From Candidatus Eiseniibacteriota bacterium (GTDB lineage: Bacteria > Eisenbacteria > RBG-16-71-46): a DNA stretch of 64,000 bases. The translations under genes were made by a program, and so were the position numbers. Location of the stretch: contig JBGPFC010000008.1 of assembly GCA_041483195.1 (NCBI GenBank), positions 64,467-128,466 of the forward strand, given 5' to 3'. Below are positions 48,121 through 56,543 of the stretch, in pieces. Each line of letters begins with the position of its first letter. Position 1 is the stretch's first letter. The notes beneath the pieces were generated by a model, which saw only the letters and a program-made list of their open reading frames with translations, had not been told where the DNA came from and searched no databases.

Positions 48121-51100
48121 TCAGGGTGTGACCGCCCCCACCAGCTCGGCCTCGTTCCCGTTCGACGAGGGCGCGCCTGCGAACTTCACGGAGACCAGCT
48201 TCGAGACGCCCAGCTCCTGCATCGTCACGCCGTAGAGGTTGCCGGCGGACTCCATGGTCTTCTTGTTGTGCGTGATCACGATGAACTGGGTCTTCGCGCT
48301 GAATCGCTCCAGCATGCGCAGGAAACGATCCACGTTCGCGTCGTCGAGCGGCGCGTCGACCTCGTCGAGCAGGCAGAACGGGGATGGCTTCACCAGGTAG
48401 ATCGCGAACAGCAACGCGATCGCGGTGAGCGCGCGTTCGCCCCCCGACATCAGGCTGATGCTCTGCAGGTGCTTGCCGCGCGGCTTGGCCGCGATCTCGA
48501 TCTCGCACTCGAGCGGGTCCTCGCCCATCATGCGCAGCTCGGCGTCTCCGCCCTCGAACAGCGTCGTGAAGATGTCGCGGAAATGCACCTGCACCTTCGC
48601 GAAGGTCTCGCGAAACAATTCGCTCGCGGTGACGTTGATCTTCTCGATCGCCTCGAGCAGCTGGACGCGGGCGCTGGTGAGGTCGGCGCGCTGCTGCACC
48701 AGGAACTGGTAGCGCTCCTTCTTCTTGGTGTAGTCGTCGAGCGCGAGCAGGTTCACGGCACCCAGCGTACGGAATCGCTCGCGCGCCTCCTCGATCAGCG
48801 CCCGCGCGGCGGGCTCGTCGAAGCCTTCCGGAGCGGGCTCCGGCGTCCATGCCTCGGGGTCCATCTGGTACTCGGCGCGAAGGCGCTCGAACGTGCGTTC
48901 CAGCTCGGCGTGTGCCTGTACGCGGTCGAGCTCGATCTGGTGGAGCAGCTCGCCGAGCTCGGTCTGCTCGAAGCGGCGCTGCCGTGCCTCGTCCTCCGCG
49001 GTCTGCACGTCGGCCTTGAGACCCTGGAAGCGTTTCTGCAGCTCGACCACCCGATCGCGCTGGCTGGACTCGACCTCGAGCAGTCCGGTGAGACCGGCCG
49101 CGAGGCCGGCCACCTGCGCCTCGATCTCCGCGATCTGAGCGAGGGCGGTGCTCTGTTCCTCGGCGCGGGCGGCGAGCCCCGCCTCCAGCTCGCGTCGCGT
49201 CTGCTCGGCGCGCGCCCATTGCGCCTGCCACTCCCCTTCTTCGCGGGACAGCCGCAGCAGATTCTCCCGCGCCTGCTGCGCGACCGTCGCGACCTGTTCG
49301 CGGCGTGCTTCGAGGGCGCGCACCGCGCCGTCGAGATCCGAGAGCTCGCTGCGCGCACGGTCGAGCTGGCCCTGATACTCGGCGAGATCGCTCTCGGCGC
49401 GGAGCAGCGCGCGGCCGAGCGACTCCAGCTCGGTGTCGACCACCCCGATCTCGCGGCCCCGATCCTCGGCTTCCGCGCCGGCCCAGCGCCGCTCGCGGGA
49501 GGCGGCTTCGAGATCCCGGCCCAGAGTCTCGAGCGCGCCGCGCCTGGCGCTCACCTCGGCGTCGGCCAGCGCGCGTTGCCCGGCCAGCCGCTGGTGCTCC
49601 GCCTGGATCGCCGCCCCTTCGCGCTCCTGCCCCTCGATCGCGAGCGCGACCTCGGCGAGCTGTCCGGTGAGATCCCGGATCTGGGTCTCGCGGTGGAGCA
49701 GCCCGGCGAGGTTGCGCGCCGATCCGGCCCGCACCCGGCCGCGTTCCCACACCTCGCCGTCGAGGCTCACGAAGCGCAGCCCGCCCTCGCTGCGCGCGGC
49801 GAGCCGCGCCGCGCTCGCGCGGTCTTCGACCACGACCACCGCGCCGAGCAGCCGCTCGACCAGCGCCCGGAACCGCGAATCGCAGCGCACCAGGTCGGAG
49901 GCGCGGCCCACCACCCCCTCACCCTCGGGCGATGGGGGCAGCGCTCCGCTCGTGAGCGTCGAGAGATCGAGGAGCGTCGCGCGACCGCTCTCGAGCGTGC
50001 GCAGGTGTTCGAGCGCCTGCTCCAGCGCCGCGCGATCATCGACCAGCACGAACGCCGCGGCCTCCCCCAGCGACGCCTCCAGCGCATCGAGGTAACGCGC
50101 CGGGACTTCGAGCACGTCCGCCACCACGCCCGTGACGCCGGCCGGTCGCGCCGCGCCGCTCAACAATGCCTTCACGCCCTCGGACACGCCTTCGAAATTC
50201 CGCTTCAGCTCGAGCAGCGTGTTGAGGCGCGACTCTCCGGCGGCCGACTCTTCGCGCAGTCGCGACAATCCGGCGGCGGCGTCGCGGCCCCGGCCACCGA
50301 GGCTCGCGATCGCGCCATCGACCTCGCCCAGCGCCGTATCCGCCTCGTCGAGCTCGAGCTCGAGCCCGGCACGGCGCTGCTCGCCTTCACTCTGCGCCCG
50401 GGACAGCTCGGCGAGTCGCGCCTCGAGTTCGGCGCGACGATTCGCCGCGGCATCGCGGCGCTCGCCCAGCGAGAGCTGCCGCTCGCGAATACGATCGCAC
50501 GCCCCGCGCTTGTCGGCCTCCGCCGAGAACAGATCGAGCGAGAGCTGCTTGTGGTCGGACACGATCTCGCGGCGCCCGCGCAATTCGCCTTCGACCGCGA
50601 GCAGATCGCGCTCGGCGGATTCCGCCGCCAGCTGCGCGGCATCGCGCGCTCCCGACAGCTCGGCGCGCTTCGCTTCCGCCTCGCGCTCGCGCGCCGCCAC
50701 CTCGGCGAGCCGTTCGCGCATGCGCGCGGCCTCGGCCCCGGCCTCCGCGGCGCGGCGCGCCAGCCCGGACGCGCGCTCGCCGAGCAGCACCACCTGGTGC
50801 TCTGCCTGACTGCGCGTTTCCTCGCGATCGCGCAGTCCGCCCTGCGCGGTCGCGAGCTCGCGCTCGAGCTCGAGCAGCGCGAGCTTCTGATCGTTGAGCC
50901 TCGCCTCCAGCGCGCCAAGCGCAGCGGTCACACCCTCGCGGCGCACCGCCTCCTCCTGCCACTGCTCCTTCGCGTCCACCTCGCGGCGCTTCAGCGCCGC
51001 GACCTGTCCGGCGGTGAGCCGCAGATCGAGGTCGCGGATCTCGTCGCGCAGCCGCTGGTGCCGGCGCGCCTTGCCGACCTGCCGCGCGAGCGAGCGCAGC

Positions 51101-51702
51101 TCGCGCTCGAGCTCGAACACGATGTCGTTGAGCCGCGTCAGGTCGCCCTCGGTGGCGTCGAGCTTGTGGAGGGCCTCCTTCTTCCGGCTCTTGTACTTGG
51201 TGATGCCCGAGGCCTCCTCGAACAGGAACCGGCGATGCCCCGAGTTGTCGGAGAGGACGTGATCCACCATCGAGCGCTCGATCACCGAGTAGGCGTGGCT
51301 GCCCATGCCGGTGTCGAAGAACAGGTCGCGAATGTCCTTGAGCCGGCACGGCGTCTTGTTGAGGAAGTACTCGCTCATGCCGGAGCGGAACACGCGGCGC
51401 GCGATCGTGACCTCGCTGAACTCCGTCGGCAGGATTCCGCGATCGTTCTTGAACGTGAGGTGCACTTCGGCGAGCCCGAGCGGCTTGCGGGCGGGTGAGC
51501 CGTTGAAGATCACGTCTTCCATCGAGTCGCCGCGCAACTGCTTGGCGCTCTGCTCGCCCATCACCCAGCGGATCGCGTCGGAGACGTTGGTCTTGCCGCA
51601 GCCGTTGGGGCCGATCACACCGGTGATCCCCTCGCCAAACACCAGCTGGGTGCGGTCCACGAACGATTTGAATCCCTGGAGCTCGAGCTTATAGAGAAAC
51701 AT
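48121..51702 (-). CDS. smc: Chromosome segregation protein SMC
   Basis: GFKSF, GPNGCGKTN, coiled coils and hinge, MSGGE and LLDEVDAPLD. Confidence 0.97.
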   Translation of the reverse strand: MFLYKLELQGFKSFVDRTQLVFGEGITGVIGPNGCGKTNVSDAIRWVMGEQSAKQLRGDSMEDVIFNGSPARKPLGLAEVHLTFKNDRGILPTEFSEVTIARRVFRSGMSEYFLNKTPCRLKDIRDLFFDTGMGSHAYSVIERSMVDHVLSDNSGHRRFLFEEASGITKYKSRKKEALHKLDATEGDLTRLNDIVFELERELRSLARQVGKARRHQRLRDEIRDLDLRLTAGQVAALKRREVDAKEQWQEEAVRREGVTAALGALEARLNDQKLALLELERELATAQGGLRDREETRSQAEHQVVLLGERASGLARRAAEAGAEAARMRERLAEVAAREREAEAKRAELSGARDAAQLAAESAERDLLAVEGELRGRREIVSDHKQLSLDLFSAEADKRGACDRIRERQLSLGERRDAAANRRAELEARLAELSRAQSEGEQRRAGLELELDEADTALGEVDGAIASLGGRGRDAAAGLSRLREESAAGESRLNTLLELKRNFEGVSEGVKALLSGAARPAGVTGVVADVLEVPARYLDALEASLGEAAAFVLVDDRAALEQALEHLRTLESGRATLLDLSTLTSGALPPSPEGEGVVGRASDLVRCDSRFRALVERLLGAVVVVEDRASAARLAARSEGGLRFVSLDGEVWERGRVRAGSARNLAGLLHRETQIRDLTGQLAEVALAIEGQEREGAAIQAEHQRLAGQRALADAEVSARRGALETLGRDLEAASRERRWAGAEAEDRGREIGVVDTELESLGRALLRAESDLAEYQGQLDRARSELSDLDGAVRALEARREQVATVAQQARENLLRLSREEGEWQAQWARAEQTRRELEAGLAARAEEQSTALAQIAEIEAQVAGLAAGLTGLLEVESSQRDRVVELQKRFQGLKADVQTAEDEARQRRFEQTELGELLHQIELDRVQAHAELERTFERLRAEYQMDPEAWTPEPAPEGFDEPAARALIEEARERFRTLGAVNLLALDDYTKKKERYQFLVQQRADLTSARVQLLEAIEKINVTASELFRETFAKVQVHFRDIFTTLFEGGDAELRMMGEDPLECEIEIAAKPRGKHLQSISLMSGGERALTAIALLFAIYLVKPSPFCLLDEVDAPLDDANVDRFLRMLERFSAKTQFIVITHNKKTMESAGNLYGVTMQELGVSKLVSVKFAGAPSSNGNEAELVGAVTP

Positions 51703-51993
51703 CCGTGTCCCCTTCCGCTCTGCGCCCGCGGGAGCCGAGGCCGCGGAATGGCGCAATCAAGGCTGCTCGTTGCAGAGATGTCGGTGCGGTGCCAAAGCGC
51801 GACGTCTGATCCAACCGACCCCAGGCGCCCAAACGGACCGCCTTCGGCGCGAGGTGTCGCCACCGCCGCGCGAGGCCTAAGCCGGGCCGCTTCCATGGCC
51901 ACTGTGGGCTGCCTGTGGAGCGTGAACTTATCCACGATCCGCGAGGCTGGCAATCGTTTTCTTGGGCAGCCCGAGCCGCGGCTCATCCGCCGC

Positions 51994-53406
51994 TCAAGGG
52001 TCGCGCGCCGCTCCGAACGCCCGTGCGAGGGATCCGACCGCTTCGTCCATCTCGTCTTCGGCCAGCGTTCGCGGGTCCAGCCGCCAGCGCCCCCCGCGCG
52101 TGGTGCCGATCACGGGGGGTTGAGCGGCGCGCGCGAGTCGCTCGAGATCCTGCGCGGTTCGGCCCTCCTGCTTCAGCTCGACCACCCAGCCCGGCAGCTT
52201 CTGCATGGGCAGCGCGCCGCCGCCCGCCTCGCCGTCGCCACGCACCACGCGCGTCGCGAGCCCTGGGATCGCGGCCGCCAGCGCGTCGGCCAGACGCCTC
52301 GCGCGCGGCTCGAGCTGGTCGGGAGTGGCGCGCAGCATCGCGAGCGCCGGGATCTCGCGCGCGGCGCGCGCGGGATCGGCGTAGAGCGGAAGCGTCGCCT
52401 CGAGCGCCGCGAGCGCGAGTTTGTCGAGCCGGAGCGCCCGCGCGAGCGGGTCCTTCCGCAGTCGCTCGATCCAGCGCCGGCGTCCGAGCACCAGCCCCGC
52501 CTGCGCCCCGCCCAGCAGCTTGTCCCCGGAAAACGTGACGAGATCGGCCCCCGCCGCGAGGCTCTCCCCGACCGTTGGCTCGTGCGCGATCCCGAAGGCG
52601 GCGAGATCCACGAGCGCGCCGCTGCCGAGATCCTCGATCAGCGGAATGCGATGATCCCGGGCGAGGCGGGCGAGCTCGTCGAGCGCCGGTCGCGCGGTGA
52701 AACCCGCGATCCGGAAATTGCTGGGGTGGACGCGCAGCACCGCTCCGATGTCGTCGTGGCGTTCGATCGCCCTGGCGTAATCGCGCAGGTGCGTGCGATT
52801 CGTGGTGCCCACCTCGAGCAGGCTGGCCCCGCTCTTCTCCAGGATTTCGGGAATGCGAAACGAGCCGCCGATCTCGACCAGCTCGCCGCGCGAGACCAGG
52901 ACCTTTCGCCCCGCCGCGAGCGCCGAAAGCGCGAGCAACACCGCCGCGGCGCCGTTGTTCACGGCCAGGGCGGCCTCCGCGCCGGTGAGGCGCGTGAGCC
53001 AGCGCTCGACGCCGAGGCCGCGGACGCCGCGCGCACCGCTCTCCAGGTCGTACTCGAGGCTCGAGTATCCCCGCGCCACGGCATCCACCGCCGCGCGCGC
53101 CGCGCTCGCGTATGGCGCACGGCCGAGATTGGTGTGCAGCACGACCCCGGTGGCATTGAGCACGCGGCGCATCCGGGGCCGATGCTGCGTGTCCGCGCGG
53201 GCCGCTGCGCTCGCGGCCAGCGCCGCGGGATCGGCCGCGTCGGCCGCGCCGGTCCGAAGCCGCTCGCGCGCGTCGGCCAGCTCCGCGCGCACCGCCTCGA
53301 CCACCAGCGCCCGGGGCAACCGCCGCAGCGTTTCGGCCAGCGCGGGGTGGCGGAGCAACGTTTCGACGGCGGGCAACGTGCGCAACCGGAGGCGGGCGGT
53401 GGCCAT
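51994..53406 (-). CDS. selA: L-seryl-tRNA(Sec) selenium transferase
   Basis: VLNATGVVLHTNLGRAP, VSRGELVEIGGSFRIP, EVGTTNRTH and FSGDKLLGG motifs. Confidence 0.97.
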   Translation of the reverse strand: MATARLRLRTLPAVETLLRHPALAETLRRLPRALVVEAVRAELADARERLRTGAADAADPAALAASAAARADTQHRPRMRRVLNATGVVLHTNLGRAPYASAARAAVDAVARGYSSLEYDLESGARGVRGLGVERWLTRLTGAEAALAVNNGAAAVLLALSALAAGRKVLVSRGELVEIGGSFRIPEILEKSGASLLEVGTTNRTHLRDYARAIERHDDIGAVLRVHPSNFRIAGFTARPALDELARLARDHRIPLIEDLGSGALVDLAAFGIAHEPTVGESLAAGADLVTFSGDKLLGGAQAGLVLGRRRWIERLRKDPLARALRLDKLALAALEATLPLYADPARAAREIPALAMLRATPDQLEPRARRLADALAAAIPGLATRVVRGDGEAGGGALPMQKLPGWVVELKQEGRTAQDLERLARAAQPPVIGTTRGGRWRLDPRTLAEDEMDEAVGSLARAFGAARDP

Positions 53407-53527
53407 GGCGCCATCTTAGACGCACGGCCCCGCGCCGGGCCAATCGCGGCGCGGCGCGCCCGGCCCTGCCGGCCCGGCGGGCCGGGCGGGCCCGATCGCC
53501 CCCCCGGTCGATCCCTGCACTCGGGGG

Positions 53528-53555
53528 TCATTCCGGCCGGGGTACGTGCCGAAAC
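53528..53555 (+). promoter_or_regulatory. Possible sigma28-like promoter
   Basis: TCAT-N16-GCCGAAAC, same spacing as the sites at 26714 and 29916. Confidence 0.4.
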
Positions 53556-53622
53556 CCATGCAAAGTCGTGGGCACGGCCTTCGGTCCCGGAACGATGGCC
53601 CCACTGACATGGGGAGAGTTTC

Positions 53623-55623
53623 ATGCTGGCCATGCCTAGGGTCGGAGCCTGGCTCCTGCCCCCGGTCACACTGCTCATGCTCTCGGGAATCGCGCTGGCG
53701 GCGGGCCCGAACGCGTCCGACGACAACCCGTTCGCGCTGGTGCGCGAGCAGCAGGTCGTGACCGGCGCCTCGAAGCGACCGCAGCCGCTCTCGGAGACTC
53801 CGTCCTCGGTCACGGTCATCACCGCGGCCGACATCGAGGCGCAGGGCTTCCACACCCTCGCCGACGCGCTGCGATGGGCGCGCGGGCTCTACGTCACGTA
53901 CGATCGCAACTACAGCTACCTCGGCGTGCGCGGACTGCAGCGCCCCGGTGACTACAACAACAAGGTGTTGCTCACCCTCGACGGCCACGCGATCAACGGC
54001 AATCTCTTCGGCGATGCGGCCTTCGGTCCGGAGCTCGGGCTCGACATGGAAATCGTCGAGCGCATCGAGATCGTCCGGGGTCCGGTCTCCGCGCTCTACG
54101 GAAGCAACGCGGTGCTCGCCGTCGTGAACGTCGTGACGCGGCAGCCGCGCAGCGAACCCGGCCTCTCCGCGACCGCGCGTGCGGGAAGCGGCGACGAGCG
54201 TCGCGGCTTCCTCGCGCTCGCGTGGTCGAGACCCGGATGGCCGCAGTGGAATCTCACCGGGTCCTATCTCGACACGCGAGGATTCGACCTCTTCTTCCCG
54301 GAATACGCCCCGCCCTCCGGCGTGTCGGGGGAAGCGCGGGGGCTCGACGGCGAGCGCGACGCCAATTTCTTCGGGACCGCGGAATGGATGGGCGCGCGGC
54401 TCGCGGTCAAGGTGAATCGCCGGGACAAGCACATTCCGACCGGATCGTACGGCACGACTTTCGGGGATTCGCGCACCGGCACCACCGACGGCCACGACTT
54501 CGTCGAGCTGTCCGGCCGGCGCAAGCCGGGCGAGCGCGTGGAGCTCGACGGGCGCGCCTACTGGGACGCGCTCCGATACAGCGGCATCTACGTGTACGGC
54601 GCGCCGGGCTCGACCACGCTGAACCACGACCTCGGCTACGGCGACGCGTTCGGCACCGAGTTGCGCGTCAACTGGTCGCCGGGGGTGCGCCAGGTGGTGA
54701 CCGGCGGGATCGAAGCGCGCTGGCATCCGCGGCGTCTCCAGCAGAACTGGGACGATGGTCTCTCGGCGTTCTACACCGACAAGAACGTCGATGGACGCGA
54801 AAACGCGGCGTACCTCCAGGATGAGATCCGCCTCGTCCGGGGCCTGCGCATCACGGCCGGCGCGCGGATCGACGACGATTCGCGCTTCGATCCGGTATTC
54901 AGCCCGCGCCTCGACGCGGCGTGGCAGCAGAGCCTCCGCACCTCGTGGAGACTGCTGGCCGGCACCGCGTACCGCGCGCCCAGCGTGTACGAAACCGATT
55001 ACGCGCACGGAACCCAGATTGGAAACATGGCGCTCCTGCCCGAGCGCGTGCGTTCGATGGAGCTTTCGGTGGTGCGGACGGTCGGCCGCGTGAGCGGCAC
55101 GCTGGCCGTCTACCACAGCCGCGTCCTCGACCTTATCGACTACGAATCGATCGATACCCTCGGCACGCTCCAGTTCCGCAATCGCGAACAGGTGCGGAGC
55201 CAGGGGATCGAGGGAGATCTCGACTGGGTCCCCGCGGCCGGCATCCGGGTCCGCACCGACCTCGCCTGGCAGCGGAGCTGGGACGCGATCTCGCGCGCCT
55301 GCCTCACGAACTCGCCGCGGTGGAACGGACACGTGCTCGTATCCCACGCGCCGGCGGGCGGCCGCCTGTCGACCGGCGTGGGGATTCGCGCCCTCTCGCC
55401 GCGCCGCACGCTGGCCGGACATCGCACCGCGTCCGCGATCGTCACCGACGCGCGCATCGGGTGGAGATGGAGCCCGGGGCTGAGCGCGGCATTCGAGGTG
55501 CGCAACCTGCTCGGGGCGCAGTTCGGGGATCCGGCCTCCCGCGAGTTCGTGCAGGACCAGATCATGCAGGACGGGCGCGCGCTGTACCTCACCCTGTCGT
55601 TCCTTCCCGGGGCGGGCCGATGA
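53623..55623 (+). CDS. TonB-dependent receptor
   Basis: Signal peptide; plug domain (VTGASK..Q...TPSSVTVIT..DI, RIEIVRGP.SALYG.NA); beta-barrel with C-terminal LYLTLSF. Confidence 0.92.
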   Translation: MLAMPRVGAWLLPPVTLLMLSGIALAAGPNASDDNPFALVREQQVVTGASKRPQPLSETPSSVTVITAADIEAQGFHTLADALRWARGLYVTYDRNYSYLGVRGLQRPGDYNNKVLLTLDGHAINGNLFGDAAFGPELGLDMEIVERIEIVRGPVSALYGSNAVLAVVNVVTRQPRSEPGLSATARAGSGDERRGFLALAWSRPGWPQWNLTGSYLDTRGFDLFFPEYAPPSGVSGEARGLDGERDANFFGTAEWMGARLAVKVNRRDKHIPTGSYGTTFGDSRTGTTDGHDFVELSGRRKPGERVELDGRAYWDALRYSGIYVYGAPGSTTLNHDLGYGDAFGTELRVNWSPGVRQVVTGGIEARWHPRRLQQNWDDGLSAFYTDKNVDGRENAAYLQDEIRLVRGLRITAGARIDDDSRFDPVFSPRLDAAWQQSLRTSWRLLAGTAYRAPSVYETDYAHGTQIGNMALLPERVRSMELSVVRTVGRVSGTLAVYHSRVLDLIDYESIDTLGTLQFRNREQVRSQGIEGDLDWVPAAGIRVRTDLAWQRSWDAISRACLTNSPRWNGHVLVSHAPAGGRLSTGVGIRALSPRRTLAGHRTASAIVTDARIGWRWSPGLSAAFEVRNLLGAQFGDPASREFVQDQIMQDGRALYLTLSFLPGAGR

Positions 55624-56543
55624 TCGCGGGACCTCGGCGCGCGCGGCGGTTCGCACTCGTCGCGGCGCTGCTCGTGCTCGCCGCGCCCGCCGGGCGGCCG
55701 GCGGCGGCCGGGACCGTGGTGCTGCTGCGCTCGCGCGCGCTCGCACCCTTCGATTCGGTCGCGGCCGGCTTTCACGACCGTTACTCGGATGCCGTCTACG
55801 ACATCACCCTCGATGGATCCGACCCGGTCGAGCTGATCCGCGACGTCTCGCGCCTGCGCCCCGAAGCGGTGGTGGCGGTCGGACTGCGCGCCTCGCTGTT
55901 CGCGCGCGACAATTTCCCCCGCATCCCGCTCGTCCACACCATGGTCGTCGATCCGGCGCGCCACGACCTGGTGGGCGCGTGGATCACGGGCATCTCGTCG
56001 GACGTCCCGCCCGCGCAGTCGCTCGAGGCCCTCCATCGAGCCGCCCCCGACGTGCGGCGGGTCGGCGTCGTGGTCGGACCCGCCGGCGCCGGGGGCGTCC
56101 TGCGTCAGGCGCGCCAGGCGGCTCGGCGAATCGGGATCGTCCTGATCGAGGCGCCGATCCCGGATCTCGCGGCGCTGCCGGGGCGCGCGCGCGAGCTGGT
56201 CGAGCGCGTCGACGCGCTGTGGCTGCTCGCGGACCCGACCGTCGCGACCCCCGAAGGATTTCGGTTCCTGCTCGACCTCTCGCTCGCGCATCGCAAGCCG
56301 CTGCTGGTGTTCGCGGAGCCGCTGGTGCGCGCGGGAGCGTTCGCCGCGCTGTGCCCGGACTACGGGTGGATCGGCGAGCGCGCGGCCGAGGCGGTGCGCC
56401 GCATCCAGGCCGGTGAGCGCGCCGGCGACATTCCGGTCGCGAGCCTCAAGCGCACGCGGCTGGTCGTGAACCTCGCGACGGCGAGAGCCATCGGCCGCAC
56501 GGTGCCGTCGGACGCGGTCGAAGCCGCGGCGGTGGTCCCATGA
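55620..56543 (+). CDS. ABC_sub_bind-type periplasmic binding protein
   Basis: Signal peptide; VRRVGVV, DALWL..D.TV and LVVNL.TARAIG; ATGA coupling on both sides. Confidence 0.85.
   Translation: MIAGPRRARRFALVAALLVLAAPAGRPAAAGTVVLLRSRALAPFDSVAAGFHDRYSDAVYDITLDGSDPVELIRDVSRLRPEAVVAVGLRASLFARDNFPRIPLVHTMVVDPARHDLVGAWITGISSDVPPAQSLEALHRAAPDVRRVGVVVGPAGAGGVLRQARQAARRIGIVLIEAPIPDLAALPGRARELVERVDALWLLADPTVATPEGFRFLLDLSLAHRKPLLVFAEPLVRAGAFAALCPDYGWIGERAAEAVRRIQAGERAGDIPVASLKRTRLVVNLATARAIGRTVPSDAVEAAAVVP

Noticed and set aside
47467..51498. 1343-aa plus-strand ORF, and similar long ORFs at 30026-32461, 35984-38509, 53416-55746 and 18984-20705
   Set aside because: Antisense shadows of clearly identified genes in GC-rich DNA, with no recognisable motifs.
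51703..53620. tRNA-Sec, selB or a selenoprotein near selA
   Set aside because: No cloverleaf is visible in either flank, and no in-frame TGA at a catalytic position was noticed in the window.
53540..53622. Possible cobalamin or c-di-GMP riboswitch before the TonB-dependent receptor
   Set aside because: Hairpins exist (CCCATG/CGTGGG; CCCCA/TGGGG over the RBS), but no B12 box or GEMM core is visible and the space is short. An Rfam scan would settle it.
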